In this document: positions 38,801 through 51,593 of the stretch, one piece after another | Layout of the letters: each line of letters opens with the position of its first letter | Position numbering within the stretch: the first letter of the stretch is position 1 | Assembly (NCBI RefSeq): GCF_040938485.1 | Contig: NW_027271146.1 | Span: 682,001 to 746,000 of the forward strand | Direction of reading: 5' to 3' | DNA from: Diadema antillarum | Taxonomy: Eukaryota | DNA length: 64,000 nt | The notes under the pieces: generated by a model | Database searches by the model: none | The model's input: only the letters and a program-made list of their open reading frames with translations | What the model was told of the DNA's origin: nothing | Translations under genes and position numbers: made by a program

Positions 38801-41198
38801 TGTAAGCCCTATTATGTACTGAAAGGAAGTACCCTGATGGTACACTAAAACTTTAAAAGTTTGGCAAGGGATGTCATCTTTTTTAACGGTCACTGGCGAT
38901 GAAATACTTGAATCTTGTCAAGACTTAAGTATCTTTGTCATCTTTGGGAAGACGCCAAAAGAATTACAAAGCCAGAAGTGCAGTGTTTGTCCAAATTATT
39001 TCCCTCTTTTAGTTTTCAGATGTAGGGTCGAGAGAGTTGACATCTCTTTTATGGTATGAGTGGGTCTACTTGAGCGTGTGTCTCTTGATCTGGATTGTAA
39101 TTATGATTGTGAAGAACATGATTGTAATAGTTAGGCCTATTGTAATACTGCTTTAAACAAAGAAAATTCATTGCAAGCTCCAATTTCCGATCCTATATTG
39201 TTGGTGAAACAGAACCGTTAAAGTTTGTTTGTTGCCAACCTAAAACGTGTTTTGTTTTTGTTTGCTGATATTTTTTCTCACGATTTTATAAAATTGTGAT
39301 AGCAACCATAATCACGACGATTGTGTAGAGCAAATAAGCCAATGCTGTCACCTCAGCTTTCCCTTTTGATGGATAGTCCTATTATACGTATGATTGTAAG
39401 AATCATTTATATCGTATCATCTTTGTCGTCGATGATACTGTAAAAATGTGTACTATTTCCTCCTTTACAACGTTCACTTTGGGAATTCATAGCCACCACA
39501 CTCAATCGACCCTACTATAGCTGCTAAAATGCACTTTCCATTGTTTTTTTCCTGAAAAGGAAAAGCATCCACACGCAAACCACTCAATATAAACAATACC
39601 AGGGTTAGGCCGGGAAATAATCAGGTTGTTAGCATCCATTCGTTCGCTGTACCGTTCCTAATAATACTGTAACAAAATGACAAGGTCGATTTAATACTTT
39701 CGTTTAGCTTCAGCTGTGGATTGGGATTTTCAAATGAAATAAGAAAAAAGATTCCTTACCACCTTACAACCAATACGATTACTTGCTCTATGCGCAGCTT
39801 GTGAGTTCTATTTTCCTTACACATACCCACACGCATCACCGAATTCAGAACTTTACATCAGCGTGGGAAACTTCATACCGGGTTTTGCTTGGGAAAATGA
39901 TAATGAAATAACCTGAAATAGTGGCACTTCAGGGATTGACATTTTATGTCCATTGTTGTATTATAGTGCAGAAACATGCAGAAACTCTGTTAATAGTCTT
40001 AAAATGGTCCAAATTTGTCGACTTTTTTCCTCTTCATTTATTTCTCCTCGTCCTTCATTGACTTTTAGCAATGCCATACTTAAGATGTTCCTTCGCTTTT
40101 CTGGCTTCAAACCTGCATCCCTGTGTGTTCATTATCTATGATGGAGCGTCTGTCCAATCCTAAGTTCTCCCCTTTCACCCCGTCCGTCCCGTCTAGTTTT
40201 CTTTCGACGTGTTTTGTTCTTGGACCAGTCAATTGTCTCTAGATAATGTCCTGACCACAGCCTGTCTCTTCTATTGTTATTCTAATATCTGTCAGTCTTT
40301 TATTTCGTTAGTACCCTTGCTGAGATCCGTTCGTTTCATGTTACGACTTGTCATTAGCGAATGATATTACATGATATACGGAAGTCATCATTTCGATAGC
40401 CTTATGAGTTGCGTATAGAGAGGATTAAGGTTTATAGGCCTAGCTGACCAAAGGATATTGCAATCCAGCACCTCGCATTACTGTAACCATTGTGTGAGTT
40501 AAACTATTTATGTAAGTGAGTCATGCAAGCAAGCTGTGCTATGGAACTGGTAATGTTGCAATGGCGCATTGTTGTATATGTATTCCATCTCCATTGAATT
40601 CTTGCATACAGACAGACAGGTCATCGATTTACAATCATTCATCTGCCAAAACCTGATATGACGATATCTCCTCACAACTCTTCCATTGACCCGTACACAA
40701 CAAATTCTCGAATTCAGGGACTAAGTAATTTTGAAAGAAATATAAAAGGAGAAACATTAATAACCTTCGCATCAAGGTAGTTATTGTAAAGTTGTGATTT
40801 AGCAGCTGTGATATTTTGAGGGGAACTACAACTACAAAAACAAACAAACAAACAAACAAAAAACTGTGATCAGCAACAACCAAACTTTGACACAAAAGGA
40901 AAAGAAATGCTATCATTATTTTACGGATAAACAAATCAGAATGACACAGTCTCCCTATCTAATTTACATGTTAATCAATGCTGATGTCACTGTTGAGGGG
41001 AAGGGTAAAAACTTCGAAATTTCAAATATCTGTTTCTTCTTCTCTGGAGCAACAAAATAAACTTTACAAACAGGGGGCAGTGTAAAGTGATGGTAAGTAG
41101 CTATCTAATGGTCATTAACGTCCTGCCTGTATTTTCAAATCAACTCAGTGCTATATAGGCCTACATATGATATGACATTCATGGCAAAATAAGCTTAA

Positions 41199-41580
41199 AG
41201 GGTGTGTACAGTTCTGGTCGGGGTGAGGATTTAGCTTTAAACGTTTTGTGAGATATTCAGAAACCACTCTATGAGATGTCACATAGCATGCAATTCTTAG
41301 GGGTATCAAAAGTTTATTTGATGAAAATCGATTTTGAAATGTCTGAGATATCCAAAAACAAGGTGAAACAAAGAGATCCTAATAAAGGTGGGGCATGTCG
41401 CCTTTTATTATTATCACTTTTGGGGATATCTCAGCCATTTGAAAACCAATTTTCATCAAATAAACGTTGAATCCTTCTTAAAATCACATGCTCTTTCATA
41501 TTTATAAGAGGTTTCTCATTATCTCACCTAGGAATGTTCAAAACATGAATCCCCACCTCAACCACTACTATACAGTCCCT
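41199..41580. mobile_element. Kolobok-like element, intact relative of X
   Basis: TTAA|AGGGTGTGTACAG...CTATACAGTCCCT|TTAA, collinear with the two halves of X. Confidence 0.78.
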
Positions 41581-41750
41581 TTAAAGTTATTAAAATCCTG
41601 TTATGCAGCGATTGAAAGAAAACAGATTATCAGGTTGGTTCTTCGTCAGAATAGGTCTGTATCTCGAAAACACTGTCCTCTTCGACCCACATGTTGGACA
41701 AGATCAGAAACAGACTTTTGAAGTAAACATACACCTGCTACAGCCATGCA

Positions 41751-41908
41751 CAGTCAAACCTGCCTTAGCGACCACCTGTCTATAGCGGTCACTGAAACAT
41801 CTCCCAGAGGCAAGCCGTGTTAGAGACACACTGTCTATAGCGATCACCTGTCAATAGCGACCACTTTTTCGTCTCTTTTTTGGTGACCGCTGTAGACAGG
41901 TTGGACTG
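41751..41908. mobile_element. Short pogo/Tigger-like MITE
   Basis: CAGTCAAACCTG...CAGGTTGGACTG|TA with internal GCGACCAC/GTGACCGC repeats. Confidence 0.75.
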
Positions 41909-41930
41909 TAAGTGAGTCGAGGTCATACAC

Positions 41931-42086
41931 GGGGGTGTTTCCTCAATTTAGTCAGCGCTGACAATTTCAGCAAAATCCTTGGTTTTGATTGACTGAGATG
42001 CTCTGGTCACTGACTGTTACCATGGCTATTGTCAGATACTGACAACTTGACAATATCAGCGCTGACTAACTTGATGAAACACCCCC
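41931..42086. mobile_element. Short GGG-ended MITE (Harbinger-like)
   Basis: About 30-bp TIR GGGGGTGTTTCCTCAATTTAGTCAGCGCTGA / TCAGCGCTGACTAACTTGATGAAACACCCCC. Confidence 0.75.
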
Positions 42087-42717
42087 TGGTGTTTACGATG
42101 GCAGCAGTCATTGTGTCTTTGCCGACACTAAAATCTCTTGTAAAGGGTTTACCCCGGAAGGAGAGCAAAGAAGGCAGAAAGATTTGTGTATCATGAAGGG
42201 AAAATTACAACAAATTTTAACCTGACACATTTCGCCTGCCCGTGGGTATAGTTGATGTGTGTATGACTTATCATTCTGACATACGCAGTTTGTATGCCTT
42301 ATATAATTATAGAGGCAACATTTTTTTTTTCCAGATTATTTGTCAAATCAAATTCTTTGCTGCAGCATCTAGGGGCCTATCAATTTTTTTTTTTATTTCA
42401 ATTTCAGTCTCAATTCATTTTTGTTTTTCTCACGAATAGCACAGAAAAAGATAAAAATTTGATACCAAATATATACGAAGCATAAACTAGATGAAAATTC
42501 ACCGGAATGAACAACAGTCTGTTTCAGTATATAAGCACGTATTTAGACCATAAGACTGGGGGTACCGATGAAAACAACGAAAAAAAAAGTCAAACGAAAG
42601 CTACTGAATAAAACACAGGAAAGCCACATGATGCAACAAAATTGGGAAAACAGCGACTGAGATTATAATGATTCAAGTGCGTGTGAAGGTAGATTTGTGG
42701 CATAAATACTTAATTAA

Positions 42718-43065
42718 AGGCATTGTTTACCTTTTGCTGATGAAACAACCCAAAATACTTAATTCTGAAATGTGAGTTACGGATAGAAACAACCAGTGTT
42801 AAAGTGTTAAACGATATAGTCAATGTTAAGTATTGTTAAATAAACAAAGTTTGAACAATAGTTATAATGAAATTGTTACCAGACTAAACCGTCTACAGTA
42901 ATGGTTTGGTTAGAAAAGAGTGATATCTCCTTCTATTCTAAGCTTTATTGCATTTTTTTTTTTATGTGGTAGGATGTTTTGTGATACAACTAACCTACAC
43001 ATATGCATCAAATGTGATAACTCGAACATTTTTAAAATCACCTCTTCCATTGGTAAACAGTACCT
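42718..43065. mobile_element. Kolobok-like MITE
   Basis: TTAA|AGGCATTGTTTACC...GGTAAACAGTACCT|TTAA. Confidence 0.7.
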
Positions 43066-45384
43066 TTAAGGTGGACGGGGTAGTAAGAGATTTGTCGTAG
43101 ATGTAAACAATACCAAAGACTTCTCTACTCATCTGCTCCTCAAATCATCGGACCCCTACAGAATTGATATTATATATGGGTATGCCGGACTTCAATGTTT
43201 GCAGCTCTCACCGTCTCTGCTCCAACATCATCTTACAGTCTTCGGTTACATTCCCATATCTTTTCCCGTTGTTTTCTATTGTGTCCCTTCCTGAAATCTC
43301 ACTACGCACAATAGTTAGTAGTCTGGCTTTCAAACCCCTTCCCAGAGTATCAACGCCCTCTAACGACAAAGTAGCAGGCTTCAAAGGCAGCGACTTCGTC
43401 GACGAGAGGGCTCATTTTTCGTAAGTGATTAAAGTTGGCAAAGGGTTTTGAAACCAGACTAGTTCATTCGGGGGAAGAACATGGGAAAAACTTTAGGTAC
43501 GAGGGGAAATAGAGGGAAGGGATCGTGGGTGATATTGTGACCTCATCTCTATGGCAATTGCCGTATATACACGCCCCGTGCAAATCCAGCACTTGCGTTT
43601 TGTATATCCTGGTGTTTCAGAACACTGGTGAAGATGGTTTTCGTGGTTTTTTACTGTAATTGATATGTGAGCCATCATGTGAGCCATCATGCCTTCTATT
43701 AACCAATTTGATCTTTTGAGACGGGAATTCGTGCATCAAGCAACTATCAGCTCATGGTAAGGCTATGATGTAGTGATGTTGTTATTAGCGATACACAGCT
43801 AATGAAGGTACAGTGTGTGGGAATAGTATCCCAGTCACGTCTTCATTGTGACGAATATGTTAGTGTGACACGCACTTTCATTGGCCTCACAGAGATAACA
43901 TCATACCAGAGTAAGGATGCACTGTGGTATGACGTCATCTTCCCGATTTTCGAAACAGAGAATAATGGTCCTGCCCCCTCGCAATAGCATCGTAATTCCC
44001 GCAATATCGCTTTCATGTCTATAGTAAGAATAGCTTCTGGGCGGAAAATGTTAACTACTTTAAACCTATGTTTACGTTTAAAATTATGTATAATGTGCAA
44101 CTTTACGCAAAGCGGTGTCTCTGCAAATGTTCGCATCATAATCTTCGCTTAGTTTTCGGTTGGTATATGACCTGGCAGTTGTCTGTAGTGACATTATAAT
44201 TCGCAATGAGTATAGGGCCTATATAATTATATACAAATATTGTGGATCTCTCGCTTTTTACATTGTACATTGTATAAAGTGCTGAATTTAGAAATGACAA
44301 ATTTGATATGCTTTTACGTGTGAATGCATGATACAGCATAACCATATAGAGGTCGAGTTTGCTCAGCCGATGTTCACTCATACTATATTCCATGGTGTGG
44401 CAAATACCAGTACGAACTGAAGTTATGTGAGACCAAATCTCTTTGTGTGAGGCTCATTGTGACGCAGTGTCAAAGGTCGAAGAGAATTAACTTTGCGACC
44501 AGGGATTCAACTTTGCAAATATATCTCTCCGAGCTGTTGATGGCTCTCTTGCATTTAAAAACTATATAACAGCAACCAACAGTAAACGATTATTAACAGC
44601 TAACAGCAGTTACGAAGACACAGAACGACGCCCTAAAGTTTGAATTCCATGCGGAATTTTCAATTTATGTATTTTTGTATCGTTTTATCTTTGTATTTGG
44701 TTTAATCCAGTGATACTCGCGAAGACATGTGCAGCCTTCAGCAAGTTAGGATTACTAGAATTAGTGTAAAGATTATTACTACATCAAACATCTAAACTAT
44801 TATAAATAATGAAAACATTCAGACTTTGATATTAAAGGAAACAAGACGATAATAAAACATACGAAGCAGGCGATGGCACTATACAGAAATTGCAGTCTAT
44901 TCTGAAAGACAATGCCGTTCATCAATATTGAGAACATACTTTGACATAATCAGAGGCCAAATACACCCAATAGCTTAATTTGCACGGAATGACATAAATT
45001 CGTGCTGTGATCACGGCAGCCTCTCAGTCTCACGTAAAGAAAAGAAACAGTAGATTCCCAGGTTCTTCAAGACACATTGTACTGCTATGTCTTAGCTGCA
45101 TTTTTAAAGTAGTGAACCCAAGTATTGTGTGTGTCATCAATCCACACCTGTATCCACTCCACTCTAATATCAAACGATGCGCTTGATCACAGGTAAAACG
45201 AAAATATTCCATAATCAAGTCATTGGTTTCGTTTTGAAATTCAGATATAACTTTTCGACTTTTACTCAGTCCCGGCGTATTGTTGCAGAGGAATCTGAAT
45301 TGAAGTATGAAATAATGATTCTGCCGAGTCTTTTCAGCGCTCCACAACTTCTCCACATTCATACTTGTCATTGATATGACTGTG

Positions 45385-45935
45385 TCAAAACAGAAATACA
45401 ATAGATACTGCATACAAAGGCTTGGTAAAGCGGGCAACATATGAGTTAGTTTGTTTTGGATTGAAACAGTGTGGACGCATTATGTAAGCAGTCAATAAAA
45501 TCAGGAAGAGAACCCAACCATGAACTTGAAATGACGTAGTAAGATATACTCTAAAACAATCTTTTAAGGATTGCAGATATAATTTCATTATACCAATGTA
45601 TCGAAAAACGAAACTATTTGTTCTTTGTAGGTATGGCATGACATTATTGCTGCAATCCAAAATGATCACTTGAGCTTGAAACGTAATTTTATCGTATCCT
45701 TGCTATATAGGTCAACTGTCACATACAAGAAAATACTTTCTGTCTTGGATGTCAAGGTGTGATAAATGATCTTGAGGACTTCCTCGTAAAGACAATGGCT
45801 TGTTTTATACAGGGTAACCTTCCTTCCGTCTTCCTTTGGGTTTGAAAACATCTCCAGCTCGTGACTCGAAGTCCGTAATCTTACTCTTCCCGTCGGAACT
45901 GAATCACAAAGGGTATAAGAATGACGTACGGACAA
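45385..45935 (-). mobile_element. Decayed LINE ORF2 C-terminal remnant (L2-group-like)
   Basis: RLRTSSHELE...PKEDGRK...HCLYEEV resembles the RxSSHxLxIE...R.C...HC..Y C-terminal motif of LINE ORF2, with internal deletion. Confidence 0.4.
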
Positions 45936-47492
45936 GCGTTTTTAGTAATGACAAACAGATTTCACGCACGCTCAAAAAGCATCCGGGACACTTTGAAAGG
46001 TTTTTGTTCTGTGTATGTGCGTGTGTGTGTGTGTGTGTGTGCTCTATTTTTGTGTGTGTGGTATTTATTTGTTTGTTGTTGTTTTGTTACTTGGCCTAGA
46101 ATGATTATTATCAGCAATATTTGATCCTCTGACAATTCGAGAGATATTGTTGCAGGAAAAAAAAAAAGTATTCATCCGGATACCTCCTGGAATCATTAAT
46201 CGTAGATATTATCCACTCCCCTTCTCAATGGAAATACAGTCTCATGAGCAATATAATGTATAGGTGCCTTCAGATAAAGCATGAAAGGTTGTCTTCCCTT
46301 TATCCATCCATGTTATAATTTCGTTTGATACTTCTCTTCAGGACATGAGGTAGAAACAGCGACAGGGAATACCAAAGTCTCCCTTGCTACAAACGAGAAA
46401 TGTACCTGAAGGAGTAAAGAGTGTTAATTGTCTGTCTGTTTGTTTTAAGCATCAGGTATTATAGGCCTATCTCGAATCACAGCAAACGGAGGCCAATATT
46501 GATGCAAGAATATCTTGGCTGAGAACAAGAAGGGCTTTATTACAATATTAGGGGTATTGGGTAATTGGTATCATGATATAGAGCTCGATCTTCTCTCCTT
46601 TTCAGCGCCTATTTTGAAGTATTTTAATTTGGATAAAGACTTAAAAGATAAAAACCACAACAGCGCTATATATCTTATCTAATATATGCTTCTCACATCT
46701 TAGAACGCGATAGCGCCTTTCTGGTTCTCAGCTGACGAAATCTTCGCAAAAATAAAATGATTTGATCTGATTTTAAATGACTTTTTCTGCCCTTCTTTTT
46801 ATATGGGCCTATCAAGTACAACATAACAATTTTCCAAAAATAATCATACATTAGACAAAACACAGATATACAAACACGATGATAAATAAAAATGACAATG
46901 ATAATGATAATAGGGTGACAGTTTGAATAATAATCATAGACCTAATAATCCATAATGATAACAATTTTTCAAAAGTAAAGATTTCTGCAGCGTATATTTC
47001 AACCATACTCTTTAGACAAAAAGTTGAAAGATTATATAATGATGATCATGATAATAATTATTGATTCAGTCCTTTCGCATAATCAAATCTTTCGCAGGAC
47101 ATGGTAGTCAATCCGTCCCATTTGAACAATTTGAGAGAAGTGCAGAAGATACAGTATTTATGATTGCAAATAGAGCGCTCCTATGATTCTGTTTTAATCT
47201 GACTTCGTTGTCGGTGTATTGTATGCTTTATAAGAGTTTCTCACCGTGGGAAAGAGGTAATGAAAATCGAAAAATGAAAAATATCTGACATGATATAGGA
47301 AATGGCTCCAGATAACCCGGGAGCGTTTCTTCCTGTTCAGTATCAAAATAGGTTTAAAGCCAGGTACATGTCACTTCTGAAACTCACACATAGGATACAC
47401 ACACACACACACACACACACATAATATAAATATAAATTAATTAATTAATGAATAAGTAATCAAATAATTAGATAAATAAATAAGTATATATG

Positions 47493-47496
<4 letters not shown>

Positions 47497-47531
<35 letters not shown>
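47497..47531. repeat. (TA)n microsatellite
   Basis: Directly visible. Confidence 0.95.
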
Positions 47532-47538
<7 letters not shown>

Positions 47539-48916
47539 TATATGAAATTTTGGGAAACAAGACGAATCTATATACTATAGTACAAATAATCCAAGTCAAC
47601 AGCAATATGAACTTTCTCAGTTTACACTGATACATCCAATCTTATATATAGACAGCCGTCTCTTTCTTCTCATTACTCTCCTCTCCACGTTCCCTTATTT
47701 CTTTCTCCCAAATTCGTGCACATCGAATTCTCCACCATACACCTACCCAGTCTTCAGCGTGTGAATGAAGGATTCTTACTCAGTACAAATGGAAAAAAAA
47801 GAAAGAATAAAAGTCATTATGTTCTACAAGTTTGATGATTGATATTAGGATTCCCTTTTCACTCGATTTTGCCCTATAGATGTCATTATCTATCTATGTA
47901 TTGAATTTGTTTCCCCCTTTCTTCTCTATACGACGCCAATTGTACATTGTATTTTGAGTTTGTTTACCTTAGTCGCTATCAAGCACTGCGTGTGGCTCAT
48001 GTGGTTTTCCACCAGTTAAGTCACTCTGAAATTTTTGTTTTATTATTTTGTGTATCATTATCGTCTAAATACTATCTGGGCAATTCCACGGTAACTCGCG
48101 TTACAAATAATGGGTACATTTATGGGATAATGTGCCAATATCTTTGTAATTGGTAGGATCTACAAGTTACTTTTTTCATCATAGGTTAAGTAGACATACA
48201 CCAACCAAATGAATCCAAAAAGAAAAATAAAGGACAAACATGTTGGGATTCTTGAATCATTTAACTTTGGTAACTCGCGTTACACAAAAAGGACATGGTC
48301 AATTCTATAAAGACCTCTTTTTGGAAAGTCTCCTCATACTAGACAATCTTGATAAAAGTTTTCCTACCTTGAATTGATAGTGGGTTAGGACTCATAAATT
48401 AACACTATCAAAGTTGAGCAACAATGACCTGGTAAAATGTAGGGAGCCTTTATGTCGGTAACTCGCGTTACGGTAACTCGCGTTACATTATGTCCACTAA
48501 CACAGGGTGACACAAATTGATGACATTCCACTATTCTGATGGCACTGAATCTTGTGCTGAATATTTTGAGAGATGCTTAGTTTTGTAGATAGTAAAATGA
48601 ATAAATGTTAAACAAACATTTTACTAATAAACCCAATTGATAGAGAAGAATGCGTTTAAGACTAATAAGAGTTTCACTCCTCATAGAGACCTTGAATATG
48701 TTTGAATATATACCCAGATGATTTAGGTGTATATCAAAGTACATTGTAATTTTTCAGAGTGTAAAGATGAAAAATGTTGAAAGTCTTTTTAAAACAAAAC
48801 ATAAAAGTATCAAACCCTATCTACAAGTTTACAAAAAAGCTTACAATCTTTCAAAAATTAAAATCCTATCTTTGTGAGGGGTGAAAACTAGTACATTTCT
48901 TTGCAACTGATTGACA

Positions 48917-49364
48917 AATAGACCAGTTCGTAATTCCACTTTGCGCATGAGCAGAAAAAGGTCATTTGTACCAACAGGCATTTTGGTTTTTAAATTCACT
49001 GAGATAAGCATCTGTGATGCGATGATTATTCATGTGATCCTTTTCTAAATGATGCTTGCCAGCACATCCACCTGACAGCAAGAATGGTATTTCGCTATAT
49101 AAAAGGAGATAAGCTGTTACTGCATTCAATACAAAACAATGAAATGGATGGCTGCTAAATTATAAACTGATGGGAGTATTCTGATCCCCTGATCTAAATG
49201 CAAGTTCATTCTTTTTTTGAACACGAATTCCATAAATTGTTATATCGGGCAAGCTTATGCATTATGCCACTTTGAAAATGAGTGAAGTGCCGAACCAACT
49301 GAGAAAAAAGAGAAAGGTTATTTGTACCAATGTATACATGAGCTGAATTACGAACTGGCTTATT
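48917..49364 (+). mobile_element. TIR element, copy 2 of the 22716-23187 family, nested in the Sola2-like element
   Basis: AATAGACCAGTTCG...CGAACTGGCTTATT termini and collinear homology to copy 1. Confidence 0.75.
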
Positions 49365-49447
49365 ACCCTTCATCGACGTAAATAAGCACTTAATTGATCA
49401 GTGTTTTAGTAGTAGCCATGATAAAAAAGTCATGGGCGTACATACTC

Positions 49448-49515
49448 GAGCAGAATTCGAACCCACAACCTCCTTATCTCCCCAGACAGGCGTCATCTCC
49501 ACTAGACCACCGAAC
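49448..49515 (-). mobile_element. tRNA-derived SINE head, copy 1
   Basis: Minus strand reads TCGGTGGTCTAGTGG (A box)...GTGGGTTCGAATTCTGCTC (B box). There is no intact cloverleaf. Confidence 0.6.
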
Positions 49516-49727
49516 TTCCGCCTAACTGGAAGCGTTGGTTCTAATCCTTATATCATGCAGCGGGTACTGCATATTTTATTATTCAAATTCATGAAATTCT
49601 TCCATTGAGACGTTTTCATTGCAACTGATTGACAAACTGCCCTACATCAGCGTAAATAAGCACTGAATTGATCAGTGTTTTAGTAGTAGCCATGATAAAA
49701 AATCATGGGCATACATACAATGTACTC

Positions 49728-49787
49728 GAGCAGGATTCGAACCAAAACCTCCTGATCTCCAGACAGGCGTCATCTTCACTAGATCAC
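49728..49787 (-). mobile_element. tRNA-derived SINE head, copy 2 (5'-truncated)
   Basis: Diverged duplicate of copy 1 with a GGTTCGAATCC B box. Confidence 0.55.
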
Positions 49788-50759
49788 AGAATAAGGATTA
49801 GAACCAACACTTGCTGCTTTATAGCATTCTGTAATAAAAATTCTGTAATACTGATGCAGGAAATTCAGATGATAAATTTTATGCTCTCATTTACTGCTGG
49901 ATGTACATGTACACATGCAAAGAAAGCCTGGCTAGACTCTTCAATGTGGCATGTGGTCAGTGGCCTTGATGCTAGTATTATACAATCACAGTTTGTTAGG
50001 CTGCCTTCCTTTGTTTCAGTCTAGCATAGTGTGTATAACACTGCGTTTGATTGTTTTTACCACAATCTAGCTCAATTAAGTGTTAAAATTTGCTTATGTT
50101 GGTGGAAACTTGTGTTTATAGTTGGTAACTCGCGTTACATGCCGGTAACTCGCGTTACATGGTAACTCGCGTTACACTCTTCATTGACATTTTTTAATGT
50201 GATGACAGTGTTTATTCAAGTCAACATCCTGTGTACAGTATCAGGGTATGATGAATTTAGAAAATTATGATTCCCAACAAATTACCTCCACTGCTTCCTT
50301 CAGAATGAAAAATATTTCTTGTTTCGGTAACTCGCGTTACATGGCTCAAGGGCTGAACTTTCATGTGGTGATTAAATTTTTTTTGAAGGTGGCATACAAA
50401 TTTCCTCATGGGAGACTGAAGTAGAACCAATTTGCTTCTTTAAAATAAATTAATTGAAGTGCTAGCAGAATTGTTCTATTAAAAAAATGTATATTAAGTT
50501 AAGCATGCATTTTAGCAATTTGGATGACTGAAAAATTGTCATCAACATTTGTAGCTGTTTCTCGAGAAATATTTGACCGATTGATATAATTCTTTGAGTT
50601 TCTTTAACTTCAATATATGGGTAATACATAATGAGTAATTCTTTTGCAATATGATAAACTTGAAATTTTAGTGCCATGTCCACATTCCCATGGAATTGCC
50701 CATCTATTTATTTAGTCTCACTGGAGTATTTCGAAATGATGGTGAATAAAGAACTTTAA

Positions 50760-51264
50760 AGGAGACCAAAACCCAAAGAATAATGTGGATTTAGTGAAAG
50801 CAGCAACATTAGTACAGGGTGGTCCACAACTTGAAATTTTAGCATGTTGCAAGCTTAGAATCTGAGAATATTGCAGAAATTGAATATGCGCGGAGCGCAC
50901 ACGATGAGTACGTAGTACGCAATATTTTGCTGCTTATCTCTCTTTGTGCTGCTTACATTCAATGTTCTCTCTCATGTTTTGCACACAAATATCTAAAGTA
51001 CCTGGTAGTTTGATGTTTCTTATGTTATGCACATGTTTTGCACATTTTTGAATACTTTTACTTTGAGCTTGTTGCAAATTCTTGAGGATGTTGCATAGCA
51101 TGTTGCTGGCTTTTTAGGATGTTGCACAAGAAATTTAGCATGTTGCAGCGACATGCTAAAACCCCTCATGGACCACCCTGTTAGTAGATGTCAGTGAAAG
51201 TTTGAGAGAAATGGGAAAATCGATGCAAAAGTTATTGATCTTCAAAGCTTTGGTGTTGGAACCG
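50760..51264 (+). mobile_element. Left arm of a Kolobok-like MITE (23913 family), interrupted and truncated
   Basis: TTAA|AGGAGACCAAAACCCAAAGAATAATGTGGATTTAGTGAAAGCAGC...TCAGTGAAAGTTTGAG...ATCGATGCAAAAGTTA matches the arm at 23913. Confidence 0.75.
50815..51180. mobile_element. CAGGG-ended MITE with 6-bp TSD (hAT6-like)
   Basis: TTAGTA|CAGGGTGGTCCA...TGGACCACCCTG|TTAGTA with internal GCATGTTGC repeats. Confidence 0.75.
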
Positions 51265-51475
51265 CTTGATTAACTGCTTTCAGTTAATCAAGGGGGGAAT
51301 GATTACTATGGGCTGAAATTTTGATGATGTAATAACGAGTATATGTTCAGGAGACTATGTAGTGTTCTTGTGTTCTCTATAGTGCGAATCGTTTTGTTCG
51401 CTAAAGTTTTGTGTTGTATAATTATATCAAAGTATGTACGATTGAATTGTTATTTCTGCTTGATATATTTTGCAG

Positions 51476-51593
51476 GTTTGGCCACCATTCGCCAGTCACG
51501 CTGTGTTTCCCGGCCCGTCGGCAAGGTGTCGTGTGATCCGGTCAATGACGATTCATAAATAGGTATTGTCTTAACTCCAGGAGAAGAACTGAA
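51476..51593 (+). other. 5' UTR part of the coding exon, after a splice acceptor
   Basis: Pyrimidine-rich tract ending in tatattttgcag (AG at 51474-51475), 118 nt before the ATG. A second possible acceptor, cttaactccag, ends at 51580. Confidence 0.55.

Larger units (their letters stand above)
48078..50701. mobile_element. Sola2-like non-autonomous element with nested insertions
   Basis: ATCT|GGGCAATTCCACGG...CCATGGAATTGCCC|ATCT, i.e. a 4-bp TSD and GRG-type termini as described for Sola2. Eight internal copies of GGTAACTCGCGTTAC. Confidence 0.7.

Noticed and set aside
39940-40290. Minus-strand RLWSGHY...RGERG resembling an RTE 3' end
   Set aside because: Only a loose match to RxWxGHV/RGRP; too weak to annotate without an HMM.
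33023-43426. Additional GTAAGT donors at 33023 and 43421 as alternative first exons
   Set aside because: About 20 GTAAGT per strand are expected by chance, and these lack supporting promoter motifs.
44389-44409. Minus-strand WYLPHHG resembling the BEL/Pao RT motif
   Set aside because: Immediately followed by stops, with no downstream KxRxVFD or SLNxxLxxGP match. Probably chance.
49448-49787. Functional tRNA genes
   Set aside because: A and B boxes are present but the acceptor and anticodon stems are broken, consistent with SINE heads.
48090-50341. Repeated palindromic 15-mer as a CRISPR-like array
   Set aside because: Spacing is irregular (0 to >1600 nt), the repeat is too short, it sits inside a TIR element, and the context is eukaryotic with no cas genes.
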